From a bacterium (GTDB lineage Bacteria; Patescibacteriota; Microgenomatia; Curtissbacterales; GWA2-41-24), in assembly GCA_021813945.1 (NCBI GenBank), contig JAKAJD010000001.1, positions 270,742 to 334,741 of the forward strand: a DNA stretch of 64,000 bases, written 5' to 3'. A program made the translations under genes and the position numbers. Of the stretch, positions 1 to 8,343 are shown in pieces. Each line of letters begins with the position of its first letter. Positions within the stretch are counted from its first letter, which is position 1. The notes below the pieces were generated by a model. That model ran no database searches. It was not told the DNA's origin and saw only the letters and a list, made by a program, of their open reading frames with translations.

Positions 1-283
1 CAATCTACGAAGATACTGGAAACTATAAATTTCAGACCTTTGCTTATTCTCCTGCAATATACACTTATGATTATGATTATATCTTCTACTGGTTGGGTAC
101 CTACTACAAGTCGCAACCAAGCCAAAACAGTCAAAAAACTGTTTATTTGATTATTCCAAACACATCAAAAGACATTTATTATGATTTTATAAACTACAAA
201 ACTCCAAACGGCATTTACAAATCTAAAAAAGTTTGGGTTATGATTGACGGAACAACAATTTTAAAAAGAGAAAAGAACTAACT

Positions 284-1783
284 ATGCAAAAAAAACATGT
301 TATTTTTGCAACAATTGTTGCTTTAGGTTTAGTCCTTAGACTTTACGGAGGTACGAATTCAGTACTTTTTACCTATGACCAGGCAAGAGATGCAATTTAT
401 GCGCAAAATATTTTAAGTGGACATCTCAAAATAGTAGGCCCGCCAACAGACATTCCTGGCTTTTTCCATGGACCTCTGTATTTATACTTAATTACGCCCT
501 TTTACTATTTATCGGGTGGTTATCCGAATTTTGTGTTACTGGAGCTAGTCTTAATAAATCTTGCAACATTAATACCTATATTCTTTCTTACCCAGAAACT
601 GTTCAAAAATGACACCATATCACTTATCAGTATCCTTTTATTTGCCACTTCTTTTGAGGCAGTAAGTTACGCACGCTGGATCTCAAACCCTGCACCTGCA
701 ATATTAGCTCTGGCACTGGTTTACTTGGGCTTATGGATAGTTATTGAAAGAGAAAAATTAGGTTGGATTCTACTTGCTGTGGGAAGTGGCGTTGCCATTC
801 AAGTCCAGTCCTTTTTATTGTATTTAATCCCTTTTATAATTTTTTGTTTATTAGTTTATAGAGTTAAAATAAAGCCAAAAAGCTATGTAATTTTTTCAGT
901 CGTCATTCTTTTATTCTTAACAGCCTCATACGCCTTAGCAGATATTAAATTTCATTTTCAAGGATCCAAGCACCTATTGGAGTACCTTTTATCATCACTA
1001 AACTCCGGTAGCGTAAAGGGCCCAAATATTACAAGCTATCAAAAACACATTTCGGCTCTTTTTTCTGCAAACCTCTTCTATAATTCCAAGCTTGCTTCAA
1101 ACATCCTTGCGCTTGTCATATTTTTTACAAGCATTAAATTAATATGGCAAAAAATCGACAAGAAACCGTTGATATTTAATCTGCTAATTTTTTTCTCAGG
1201 ATTAACGGTCTTTTTATTTTCAAAGTTTAACGCGCAATTTCTAACAATTGGTTCAACCGTTCCATTTATCGTTCTTTCAAGCTATGTTTTACATAAATTT
1301 ACCGTGATATCTAAAAAACTAGGTTATTTATTAATAGCCCTTATCGTCGCCCTAAACGTCTATACGACACTTGCTAAAAATAAACAGGGCAATGTACTTT
1401 TCCAAATCCAAGACGGCATGAAATTCGGCGATGAAATGAAATTGGTAAAAAGAACGTACGATATAAGTGGCAATGATAAATTCAGCATAAATGCGGTAAC
1501 CGCCCCACTTTTTGTTCCAACAAAATGGGCTTATTTATACGAGATTTATGCAAAAAAATACCATAAAGAGAAACCCTTTTTTCACGGAGATTCGGACCCG
1601 ACATCTGTTGGGTATGACATACTTTCCAGATCGGGCGAGGCGACAAAAAATGAATTTACGATTGTTGAACCTGGTTTGCCTGATTTTTGGGTAAAAAAAG
1701 CAGTCCAGGCAGACGACAAGAGGAAGCCCCAAAAGCACACAGAAAATGTTGGTATTTTCAAACTGATCGTAAGAAGGGACTAA
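284..1783 (+). CDS. Polytopic membrane protein, GT39/ArnT(PMT)-like glycosyltransferase family (paralog of 8915..10456)
   Basis: 499 aa with many predicted TM helices. N-terminal 'DQARDA' and 'GxxxxxxGFFHGPLYLY' resemble ArnT/PMT-type glycosyltransferases. Shares the 'G..FHGPL' block and a similar C-terminal soluble domain with ORF 8915..10456. Confidence 0.5.
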   Translation: MQKKHVIFATIVALGLVLRLYGGTNSVLFTYDQARDAIYAQNILSGHLKIVGPPTDIPGFFHGPLYLYLITPFYYLSGGYPNFVLLELVLINLATLIPIFFLTQKLFKNDTISLISILLFATSFEAVSYARWISNPAPAILALALVYLGLWIVIEREKLGWILLAVGSGVAIQVQSFLLYLIPFIIFCLLVYRVKIKPKSYVIFSVVILLFLTASYALADIKFHFQGSKHLLEYLLSSLNSGSVKGPNITSYQKHISALFSANLFYNSKLASNILALVIFFTSIKLIWQKIDKKPLIFNLLIFFSGLTVFLFSKFNAQFLTIGSTVPFIVLSSYVLHKFTVISKKLGYLLIALIVALNVYTTLAKNKQGNVLFQIQDGMKFGDEMKLVKRTYDISGNDKFSINAVTAPLFVPTKWAYLYEIYAKKYHKEKPFFHGDSDPTSVGYDILSRSGEATKNEFTIVEPGLPDFWVKKAVQADDKRKPQKHTENVGIFKLIVRRD

Positions 1784-1815
1784 CGTTTATGCTGTATTCT
1801 ACATCGCCGATAAGG

Positions 1816-1888
1816 CGCCCGCGGAGGGATTCGAACCCCCAACCAATCGCTTAGAACGCGAGTGCTCTATCCGTTGAGCTACGCGGGC
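1816..1888 (-). tRNA. tRNA-Arg (anticodon TCT)
   Basis: Reverse complement reads GCCCGCGTAGCTCAACGGATAGAGC...TTCTAA...GGGGGTTCGAATCCCTCCGCGGGCG. It has a 7-bp acceptor stem, a D arm, a TPsiC arm and anticodon loop gTTCTAa. The anticodon stem has one mismatch. Confidence 0.7.
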
Positions 1889-1961
1889 TTCTCAAATCGG
1901 TTTCATTTTACCGCTTCATTCCAAAGAGATAAAGCTTAACCGTTTCCTCATTTTTCTTTTT

Positions 1962-1980
1962 CAAAATGCAAAGCATTTTG
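1962..1980. repeat. 19-bp perfect palindrome CAAAATGCAAAGCATTTTG (copy 1)
   Basis: 8-bp arms with a 3-nt spacer. Identical to the copy at 7679..7697. It lies between two tRNA genes. Confidence 0.6.
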
Positions 1981-2070
1981 ACCCAAAATTCTTACGAATT
2001 TTGGAGAGGAAGAACAAATATGCGTTTAGTCTTTTTTGAAAGACGTCAAGCAATATTTAGTTCTGACGTG

Positions 2071-2141
2071 AGCGGGTGAAGGGAATCGAACCCTCGTGTC
2101 CAGTTTGGAAAACTGGTGTTCTGCCATTGAACTACACCCGC
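2071..2141 (-). tRNA. tRNA-Gly (anticodon TCC)
   Basis: Reverse complement reads GCGGGTGTAGTTCAATGGCAGAAC ACCAGTtTTCCAAaCTGG ...GGGTTCGATTCCCTTCACCCGCT. The cloverleaf is clean and the anticodon loop is tTTCCAa. Confidence 0.85.
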
Positions 2142-2182
2142 AAGCTTGACCATTTTACCAAAGTATCCATGTCCAAATCACC

Positions 2183-2962
2183 CTATAAATCAATTTCCAG
2201 CTCTGCAATAACAGGCAAGTGATCAGATACTGTAATTTCGGGTACCGTAATCGAATTAAGTTTAAACTCCGCTGAAGCAAATATGTAATCGATCAAAAAA
2301 CCCAATGGCGCAATTTTGTGAACCTTTAAATTAGTTGTAACCTTTGCATCGGCTTGAATCATAAGATTATTGGCAACTTTCCCTATCAATTCGACAGTTT
2401 TGCTAGTCATAACTGCATTTAAATCTCCGCCCAAAATGAATGGATCATTAAGTTTTTTCAGATAATCGTAGACCATATTAGCCTGCCGCATAGTCTCTGC
2501 TGTATCCTGAGGAGGAGCAGTCCAAGCGCCGTGCCAGGACATAATGTGAAAGTCAGAGCCATGAAAGTTTACAACTGCATCCAAAAGACTGCGGCCAATT
2601 TGCTCACGAATCTCACCGGACTCTCCGTCTAGCTCCTCGTTTGTAACAGCTCTAAAACTCTTAAGTACCAAAGAATTCTTGCCCACCATTTTATGCTTAC
2701 TAAAAACTGCATTTCCGAACCTGGCTTTTTCGTCACCAATCAGTTTTAAATCTCCGTTATAAACACCACCCACTCCTAATTTAGAACCAAGCACGGCAAA
2801 AATATCCTTGTTGTCTCCTTCATACAAACTAAATCCGCTAGTGGTAACTTCCTGCATGGTCACAAAATCAGGATCTTCTTTTTTCAAAAAATCCACAAGC
2901 GTATCCAGGTAGCGGCCTTTATAAATATTTATCTGGACAATCTTTATCTTGTAGGTGGACAT
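2183..2962 (-). CDS. Endonuclease/exonuclease/phosphatase (EEP) family protein
   Basis: 259 aa. 'DFVTMQEV' N-terminal motif and C-terminal 'SDHLPVIAEL' are typical of the EEP fold (sphingomyelinase/DNase I-like). Confidence 0.75.
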   Translation of the reverse strand: MSTYKIKIVQINIYKGRYLDTLVDFLKKEDPDFVTMQEVTTSGFSLYEGDNKDIFAVLGSKLGVGGVYNGDLKLIGDEKARFGNAVFSKHKMVGKNSLVLKSFRAVTNEELDGESGEIREQIGRSLLDAVVNFHGSDFHIMSWHGAWTAPPQDTAETMRQANMVYDYLKKLNDPFILGGDLNAVMTSKTVELIGKVANNLMIQADAKVTTNLKVHKIAPLGFLIDYIFASAEFKLNSITVPEITVSDHLPVIAELEIDL

Positions 2963-2977
2963 TGCTAAAATAAAATT

Positions 2978-3424
2978 ATGAGACGCGGATTTGTCTTACC
3001 GATAATTATATTACTATTCGTTGTCGGAGTAACATATTTTATCTACGCAAAATATTCAAAATCACCTAACGAAAAAACAATGCAAACCGCATCAACAATA
3101 TATAAATATCCCAACAGTACGTCTTGGGAGATAAAGCCGCACCACAACCTTTGCGTCAATCCCAAAGATTCATGCGTTCAGCCTGCAGATATTATATTCA
3201 CCACTAATAACCAATGGGCAGAAATATACGCTTATTACAAAAGTTATTTGATAGATTACGGTTGGGAAACAAATAGTACGGTTTATACATCAATACCAAC
3301 CGGCATAGTATTCGAAAAAGAGGACTGTAAGTTGTTCTTACAACCAGCAGAAGGCGTTAACTTCTTGAGTGACAAAGCTGCAAAACCTCCCTACAAATTC
3401 ACATTTAGTGTTACTTGCCAGTAA
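2978..3424 (+). CDS. Hypothetical protein with N-terminal signal anchor
   Basis: 148 aa. N-terminal hydrophobic helix 'FVLPIIILLFVVGVTYFIY'. No recognisable motif. Confidence 0.4.
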   Translation: MRRGFVLPIIILLFVVGVTYFIYAKYSKSPNEKTMQTASTIYKYPNSTSWEIKPHHNLCVNPKDSCVQPADIIFTTNNQWAEIYAYYKSYLIDYGWETNSTVYTSIPTGIVFEKEDCKLFLQPAEGVNFLSDKAAKPPYKFTFSVTCQ

Positions 3425-3426
3425 GC

Positions 3427-4164
3427 TTAAGCAGCCATAGTTCCTTTTTCAAAAACGATATTTGCAAGCTTATTCAAATTTGAAACGCCAAAGCGGGAAA
3501 TAGCTCTATGTGCCATGCTTTCAGCTTCTCTCAAAAAGGCTTCTTCGCTAGAAAAACCGGACCAAGGCAGCGAAACTGCAATTCTGGCTTTTGCCCTCGC
3601 GCTAGCCATATCGGCACCAATTCCTGAGGGCTTATCACCACTCATAATCGCTGCGATTTTCCCACCATAACTTATAGCAGCACTTTGTAAAAGCCATCTA
3701 TCAAATCTCAAGCCGGCAGGAGGTATACACTCAGTTAGGCCCAGATAATAACCATTTGGAACATTAGTCATTGAGGCGACATGCCAACCACAAACGGCCG
3801 CAACAACACCGTGACCACCCTCATGCCTAGCAACAGAAATTCTAAGTATGTCCTCTTCTGCTTCCTTATTAAGCTCGTCATATAAACCGTCATCCAAAAT
3901 AGAGACTATCAGCTCATTGCCCAAAATTAGTTTATCCTCAATACCGGCCGCTTCGCGCGTTTTGCAAAGGTTCTCGTATCGACTGGCTACTTTTTCCTTA
4001 AGCTGGCCCGGATCCTGGCCTTGAACAATCGAGCGAAAATTAGCAAGATTTACACCTTCTGCAACGGGGAGCCCGGAAAACGCGTCAAATACCTGATCAC
4101 GCTTCTGACGGTACGCAGCTAAATCAACAATATTTGGACCTAAACGCTCACTCATGAACCCCAT
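3427..4164 (-). CDS. Stand-alone FtsH-like (peptidase M41) zinc metalloprotease domain protein
   Basis: 245 aa. 'HEGGHGVVAA' matches the HExxH zinc site. The downstream 'SYGGKIAAIMSGDKPSGIGADMASARAKARIAV' block aligns with the FtsH protease-domain 'LGGRAAEE..FG..TTGA.NDL..AT.IAR' region. It has no AAA+ module and no TM segment. The segment is visibly more GC-rich than its surroundings. Confidence 0.55.
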   Translation of the reverse strand: MGFMSERLGPNIVDLAAYRQKRDQVFDAFSGLPVAEGVNLANFRSIVQGQDPGQLKEKVASRYENLCKTREAAGIEDKLILGNELIVSILDDGLYDELNKEAEEDILRISVARHEGGHGVVAAVCGWHVASMTNVPNGYYLGLTECIPPAGLRFDRWLLQSAAISYGGKIAAIMSGDKPSGIGADMASARAKARIAVSLPWSGFSSEEAFLREAESMAHRAISRFGVSNLNKLANIVFEKGTMAA

Positions 4165-4243
4165 ATTTTACCTCAAAACCATTGATTTTTCTAAAATTTG
4201 GGTTTAAAGTTAACTAATCTTAAGCAAAAAGGGGGTGATTTAA

Positions 4244-4681
4244 ATGGCTGCAAAATCAGTAAACCAAATCGACACAACTTTAGAAGATTTTTTCAAGAAG
4301 ATGCCCCCTTTACCGCCCAACGCAGTTGACGCAATTTTCAAAATTACACCATGGTTAGCTTTAATCTTTGGTATTTTAGGAGTAATTGGAGCACTTTCCG
4401 CATTCGGAATTCTAACAGCGCTGTCTCCATTTGCCATGATGGCAGGAGCACACAACTGGGGTCTTGGCATCTTCGCAGCAGTTGGATGGCTTGTATCAAG
4501 CGTCCTTATGCTTATTGCATATCCCGGCCTTAAAGCCGGCAAAATGAACGGCTGGAACATGTTATTTTGGAGCGAAGCGGTAAACGTGGTTGCGTCGGTT
4601 ATAGGTATTTCCATATCAAGCATCATCGGTGCGGCAATTGGTTTTTACCTTATCTACCAAATCAAACCAAAGTACAAGTAA
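4244..4681 (+). CDS. Small integral membrane protein (unknown function)
   Basis: 145 aa, about 4 TM helices. Strong RBS 'AAGGGGGTGA' lies 6-8 nt upstream of the ATG. Confidence 0.55.
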   Translation: MAAKSVNQIDTTLEDFFKKMPPLPPNAVDAIFKITPWLALIFGILGVIGALSAFGILTALSPFAMMAGAHNWGLGIFAAVGWLVSSVLMLIAYPGLKAGKMNGWNMLFWSEAVNVVASVIGISISSIIGAAIGFYLIYQIKPKYK

Positions 4682-4738
4682 AGTTAAGGTTCGATACTGG
4701 GAAACTATTCGAAATTTTTTTAGTGGTCAAAAACAGGG

Positions 4739-4773
4739 ATTGACAAAGTAATTCAGTCAGTATTATCATTTTC
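4739..4773 (+). promoter_or_regulatory. Sigma70-like promoter candidate upstream of ORF 4805
   Basis: TTGACA at 4739-4744, a 17-bp spacer, then TATTAT. A weak hairpin plus T-run lies upstream at about 4693-4725. Confidence 0.3.
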
Positions 4774-4804
4774 ACAGCTGCAGCCCACAGGCGCAGTTTT
4801 TTAA

Positions 4805-5125
4805 ATGGAGAAAGATCAAAGAACAAGAGGCAATAGGGAAGCCCTGAAACACGAAGAGCGTGCATACGGAACAGCCTTTAGGGCAGGTACACACCCGGAT
4901 CCGGAAGATGAGTACATAGTTCATCATGTGCCAGATTCTGGCAAAATAGCGCAAGAACTCACCCAAACCATATCAATCTTAGATGCGGCCCCTCCCAGCG
5001 ATGTGACTGTTTGGGAACTTCATGTACACAGAACACCAACACCATCGATAAACGGAAGATCAAATGGTGTCTCACCGGAAGTTTCAGGAATAAAGGCTGA
5101 CCCAACAAGTCAAGTTCAAAAATGA
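4805..5125 (+). CDS. Hypothetical protein (GC-rich two-gene unit, part 1)
   Basis: 106 aa. The stop overlaps the next start as ATGA, suggesting translational coupling. Codon composition differs from the AT-rich host genes. Confidence 0.35.
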   Translation: MEKDQRTRGNREALKHEERAYGTAFRAGTHPDPEDEYIVHHVPDSGKIAQELTQTISILDAAPPSDVTVWELHVHRTPTPSINGRSNGVSPEVSGIKADPTSQVQK

Positions 5126-5352
5126 ACAAGATAGAATCAGGTGTTTCACCTGTGTTTTTTCACAGAACCGCCCAAGGACTAAGTTTCCGCCGCATGGGGG
5201 CTATGATTCCCGAAGACGCAATAGCAATGCATCCCGTTCCAAATACAGCCAACCTAATCAGTCCCCAAAATACCTTGCCAGAAAAAAGAGATGTTGAACT
5301 GATAATCGAAGCAAGCCAAACCACAATCAGGGCACACCTTCCAGAAGAATAA
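5122..5352 (+). CDS. Hypothetical protein (GC-rich two-gene unit, part 2)
   Basis: 76 aa, coupled to the upstream ORF by an ATGA overlap. Confidence 0.3.
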   Translation: MNKIESGVSPVFFHRTAQGLSFRRMGAMIPEDAIAMHPVPNTANLISPQNTLPEKRDVELIIEASQTTIRAHLPEE

Positions 5353-5418
5353 CCTCCTGCTATACCTTATTAATAGACTTCCAATAAAGTTATAATAATT
5401 CTTGTGGAGAACACCAAA

Positions 5419-6405
5419 ATGGAATCTAAAAGAAACACTAAAGTTAAGTGGAATAATAAGGTAAAACTGATCATCTCAGACGTAGACGAAACCGTCGCAG
5501 ATTTGTACGTCCCAGCAGACCCTAAAATGGCAGACGAGCTCGCAAAACTGCTGAAAGAGGGAAGGTCGATATTCTTTGTAACCGGCCAAAGCGTAGATAG
5601 CATTCAGTGGAGAATAGTCGAGCAGATACCAAAAGATTTAAGAAGAAGAATACTAATAGGCCACTGCAGCGGGGCAGAGGTTTTGGGTTATGACGAACAA
5701 GGCAACCGAAAAGAAAAACCCTATTATAGTGTTTACGAGCAAGCCATGACACAACGCCAAAAAGAAAAATGGCGGGATGTCGTAAAACAACTCGTACAAG
5801 AATTTCAGTTGGAAGTTTATAGCACGATGTCGGTCGAAGAATTCAAAAAGAAGGCAGGGGACCACCCAAAAGCCATCATGCTGGAGGATAGGGGACCACA
5901 GATAACTTTCGAGGTTGTAAACGGTTATGATTTAACACCCGAGCAGGCTGCAAAGTTGGAAACCGATGTACCCGAAACAAACGGGTCTTACGATTTAAGA
6001 ATCCCCATTGTCGAAAGAGCCCAGCAATTAATTGACGAGGCCAACCTTCCTGTGAGCCCTAAAATAGCCGGTGTTTTTGCTGTAGATTTAACCGTAAAAG
6101 GCGTTAATAAAACAACTTCCGTCAAGCGGGTTTTGGAAGATCCGGGAATTCTTTCATCCATAGGCCTTAACAAAGAAGACCTCGACGACCCAAACCATAT
6201 CGAAGTTTGGGGCGATAAATTTTCAACAATTCGGGGCGGCACAGACAGGCACATAAGCGAAGCTTTACCTCAAGCGGTTCGCTCTATCGACTTCAGGGAA
6301 GAAAATCCGGAAGAGTTTGAAACAAGCTACAACATTGTACTTTGGAAAGGCCAAAACCACTTGCACCATGGTTTGCTGGAATACCTTCAATCTAGACACG
6401 AATAG
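5419..6405 (+). CDS. HAD-superfamily hydrolase (probable sugar-phosphate phosphatase, HAD-IIB-like)
   Basis: 'IISDVDETV' matches HAD motif I (DxDxT). 'FVTGQS' matches motif II. 'GDKFSTIRGGTD' is a candidate motif IV. The ATG at 5419 is preceded by a GGAGA RBS; the ORF track starts at 5404 with GTG. Confidence 0.5.
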   Translation: MESKRNTKVKWNNKVKLIISDVDETVADLYVPADPKMADELAKLLKEGRSIFFVTGQSVDSIQWRIVEQIPKDLRRRILIGHCSGAEVLGYDEQGNRKEKPYYSVYEQAMTQRQKEKWRDVVKQLVQEFQLEVYSTMSVEEFKKKAGDHPKAIMLEDRGPQITFEVVNGYDLTPEQAAKLETDVPETNGSYDLRIPIVERAQQLIDEANLPVSPKIAGVFAVDLTVKGVNKTTSVKRVLEDPGILSSIGLNKEDLDDPNHIEVWGDKFSTIRGGTDRHISEALPQAVRSIDFREENPEEFETSYNIVLWKGQNHLHHGLLEYLQSRHE

Positions 6406-6458
6406 ACACTCAAGACGAAAAAAAGTCTGCAATATTAGACGAACTTCTAAACTTAGAT

Positions 6459-7052
6459 TTAATTTAAATATCTTAAATTAAACGCAATATGAGCCGAAGT
6501 ATTTGAACCGAAACCAAATTTCCTCTGTAAATACCACAACATTAAACCTCCTGTTGTTTGAACAGTTGGAATAGTATTTGTATCAAAACCTTTTTCAGTA
6601 ACATTATGCGATAGACCAAATATCAAAGACGCAGGAATACCGACTAACAACTCGCGCCTTGAAAGTGTAAGGCCCCCAGATCCAGAAATAAAACTTTTAG
6701 CGGCAATTTCAACATTATCAATATCACGCAAAGAGTTACTAGAAGCATCCAATAAAAAACTCGGTAAACCCCTATAAGCACCTTCCTCGATCACAGGATA
6801 CAAAGTCGAATATATAATTCTATCTGAAACAGGGAATCTGTAATTGCTTACGCAACTGTCAAAATCGGAACTTTTCGAGCATTCATCTGCTGCCATTTGC
6901 TGCTTAAATGCATTCTCACTTTTAAAAGAAGTATGTTCTTCAACCGCAGTATTAATATTTCCATTTTGAGACTCTAGAGCAAGCCCTGAACCAACCCCTA
7001 TAACTACCCCAAGCATTCCCTTAATAAAAGTTCGGCGGGAAACTTCTTTCAT
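6459..7052 (-). CDS. Secreted protein with twin-arginine (Tat) type signal peptide
   Basis: N-terminus 'MKEVSRRTFIKGMLGVVIGVGSGLALE' matches the (S/T)RRxFLK Tat consensus followed by a hydrophobic region. The mature part has no recognisable motif. Confidence 0.45.
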   Translation of the reverse strand: MKEVSRRTFIKGMLGVVIGVGSGLALESQNGNINTAVEEHTSFKSENAFKQQMAADECSKSSDFDSCVSNYRFPVSDRIIYSTLYPVIEEGAYRGLPSFLLDASSNSLRDIDNVEIAAKSFISGSGGLTLSRRELLVGIPASLIFGLSHNVTEKGFDTNTIPTVQTTGGLMLWYLQRKFGFGSNTSAHIAFNLRYLN

Positions 7053-7100
7053 AAGGGTAATATTATAAGTAAATAAGAAGAATTATGCAACCTATAGTCT

Positions 7101-7175
7101 GTCGGGGAGAAAGGACTTGAACCTTCGACCTCTGCTTCCCAAAAGCAGCGCTCTAGCCAACTGAGCTACTCCCCG
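7101..7175 (-). tRNA. tRNA-Pro (anticodon TGG)
   Basis: Reverse complement reads CGGGGAGTAGCTCAGTTGGCTAGAGCG CTGCTtTTGGGaAGCAG AGGTCGAAGGTTCAAGTCCTTTCTCCCCGA. Confidence 0.85.
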
Positions 7176-7212
7176 TCGAGTGTTTACACTGAGGTCTGCA
7201 TAACAGACCGAA

Positions 7213-7297
7213 GTGCCGAGGGAGGGACTCGAACCCTCACGACCTTGCGGTCATCAGATTTTAAGTCTGACGTGTATACCGATTTCACCACCCCGGC
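7213..7297 (-). tRNA. tRNA-Leu (anticodon TAA)
   Basis: Reverse complement reads GCCGGGGTGGTGAAATCGGTATACACG TCAGACtTAAAAtCTGA. It has a long variable arm and GAGGGTTCGAGTCCCTC. Confidence 0.85.
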
Positions 7298-7319
7298 GGC
7301 TTATGCATTTTAGCCTAAA

Positions 7320-7619
7320 TTGACCTCTTGTTTCAATCAAAACTGGCCGTTAAAATTACCTGACATGAAAGATTCCAACGACGATCCATACATTCCGGTT
7401 GTCAACGACGGTGATGATAACGACGTTACTGACATTGGTGACGATGATGACACTAAATCGCCGGCTGTCGCAGGTGAAGAAGACCCGTTTTCTGGGGATG
7501 CAACATCTTCCGAATCGCCGGATATAGACGAAGAATTACAAAAAGTCGGCCTGACAAGTGACGAAGACGGCGTGAGGCCTCTTGATGTTGACGAGGAATT
7601 GGAAGAAGAAGACCAGTAA
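7320..7619 (+). CDS. Highly acidic low-complexity small protein (about 40% Asp/Glu)
   Basis: 99 aa 'DDPYIPVVNDGDDNDVTDIGDDDDTKSPAVAGEEDP...DVDEELEEEDQ' with clean codon periodicity. It lies between tRNA genes. It could be a DNA-mimic-like or spurious ORF. Confidence 0.3.
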   Translation: MTSCFNQNWPLKLPDMKDSNDDPYIPVVNDGDDNDVTDIGDDDDTKSPAVAGEEDPFSGDATSSESPDIDEELQKVGLTSDEDGVRPLDVDEELEEEDQ

Positions 7620-7678
7620 TTTAATCCCTAAAAATTTTTATTGTGATAAAATTATGAGGCTAACACGTCTCAAAATAT

Positions 7679-7697
7679 CAAAATGCAAAGCATTTTG
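7679..7697. repeat. 19-bp perfect palindrome CAAAATGCAAAGCATTTTG (copy 2)
   Basis: Identical 19-mer, 70 nt upstream of tRNA-Arg(TCG). A related TTTGCAAAGCATTTT covers the dsbB start at 30539..30556. Confidence 0.6.
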
Positions 7698-7769
7698 AAG
7701 AGGAGAAATGATAAAGCAATTAAAGTTTTGCAAAACGCAAAACGGAAATAGCGATATCTATTTCGACGA

Positions 7770-7842
7770 GCGCCTGTAGCTCAACGGATAGAGCACTCGT
7801 CTTCGGAACGAGTGGTTGGGGGTTCGAATCCCTCCAGGCGCG
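7770..7842 (+). tRNA. tRNA-Arg (anticodon TCG)
   Basis: GCGCCTGTAGCTCAACGGATAGAGCA CTCGTcTTCGGAaCGAG TGGTTGGGGGTTCGAATCCCTCCAGGCGCG. Confidence 0.85.
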
Positions 7843-7875
7843 CTTCGATCTGAAATCAGATCTCAGCGTAAACGC

Positions 7876-8175
7876 ATGCAGTGGTACGTTTATATCTTAA
7901 GCTGTGCCGACGGTATTTATTACACAGGAATTACTACTGACTTAAATAGACGAGTAGATCAGCACAATTCTAAGAAGGGCGCAAAATCTTTACGAGGAAA
8001 GCTGCCTGTAAAAATCGTTTACAATGAATCTTACAAGGATCATGTATTAGCTGCAAAAAGGGAAAGAGAAATTAAAGGATGGAGAAGAGAAAAAAAGACT
8101 TTGCTAGTAGAAGACTTTAGCCTCAGAACGAAAGAAGGCTTTAGCCTGAGGAGCAAAGCGACGAAGGCCCGCTAG
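7876..8175 (+). CDS. GIY-YIG nuclease family protein (UPF0213/YhbQ-like)
   Basis: 'MQWYVYILSCADGIYYTGITTDLNRRVDQHN' is the canonical GIY-YIG motif. The ATG at 7876 is the likely start. The 6-frame ORF is open from 7816, inside tRNA-Arg. The stop codon overlaps the 5' end of tRNA-Lys. Confidence 0.75.
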   Translation: MQWYVYILSCADGIYYTGITTDLNRRVDQHNSKKGAKSLRGKLPVKIVYNESYKDHVLAAKREREIKGWRREKKTLLVEDFSLRTKEGFSLRSKATKAR

Positions 8176-8237
8176 CTCAATGGTAGAGCAGTTGCCTCTT
8201 AAGCAATTGGTTACAGGTTCGAATCCTGTGCGGGTCA
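8166..8237 (+). tRNA. tRNA-Lys (anticodon CTT)
   Basis: GGCCCGCTAGCTCAATGGTAGAGCA GTTGCcTCTTAaGCAAT TGGTTACAGGTTCGAATCCTGTGCGGGTCA. Confidence 0.85.
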
Positions 8238-8343
8238 CAAATTTGTTTGGCTTCGTTCAAATAAATTTGTGATTCTGCCAGATCATACCCCTAGGTTCGC
8301 GTTTTGCTAAGCAAAACGTTTTCATCCTGTGCAAGTCACAGAT

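Noticed and set aside
1512-1738. Nested and antisense ORFs inside confident genes (e.g. 1512..1694, 1535..1738, 4240..4626, 12026..12346, 20453..20752, 52906..53526, 62889..63275)
   Set aside because: They overlap, in other frames, genes with clear motif support. They are typical shadow ORFs, especially in the GC-rich segments.
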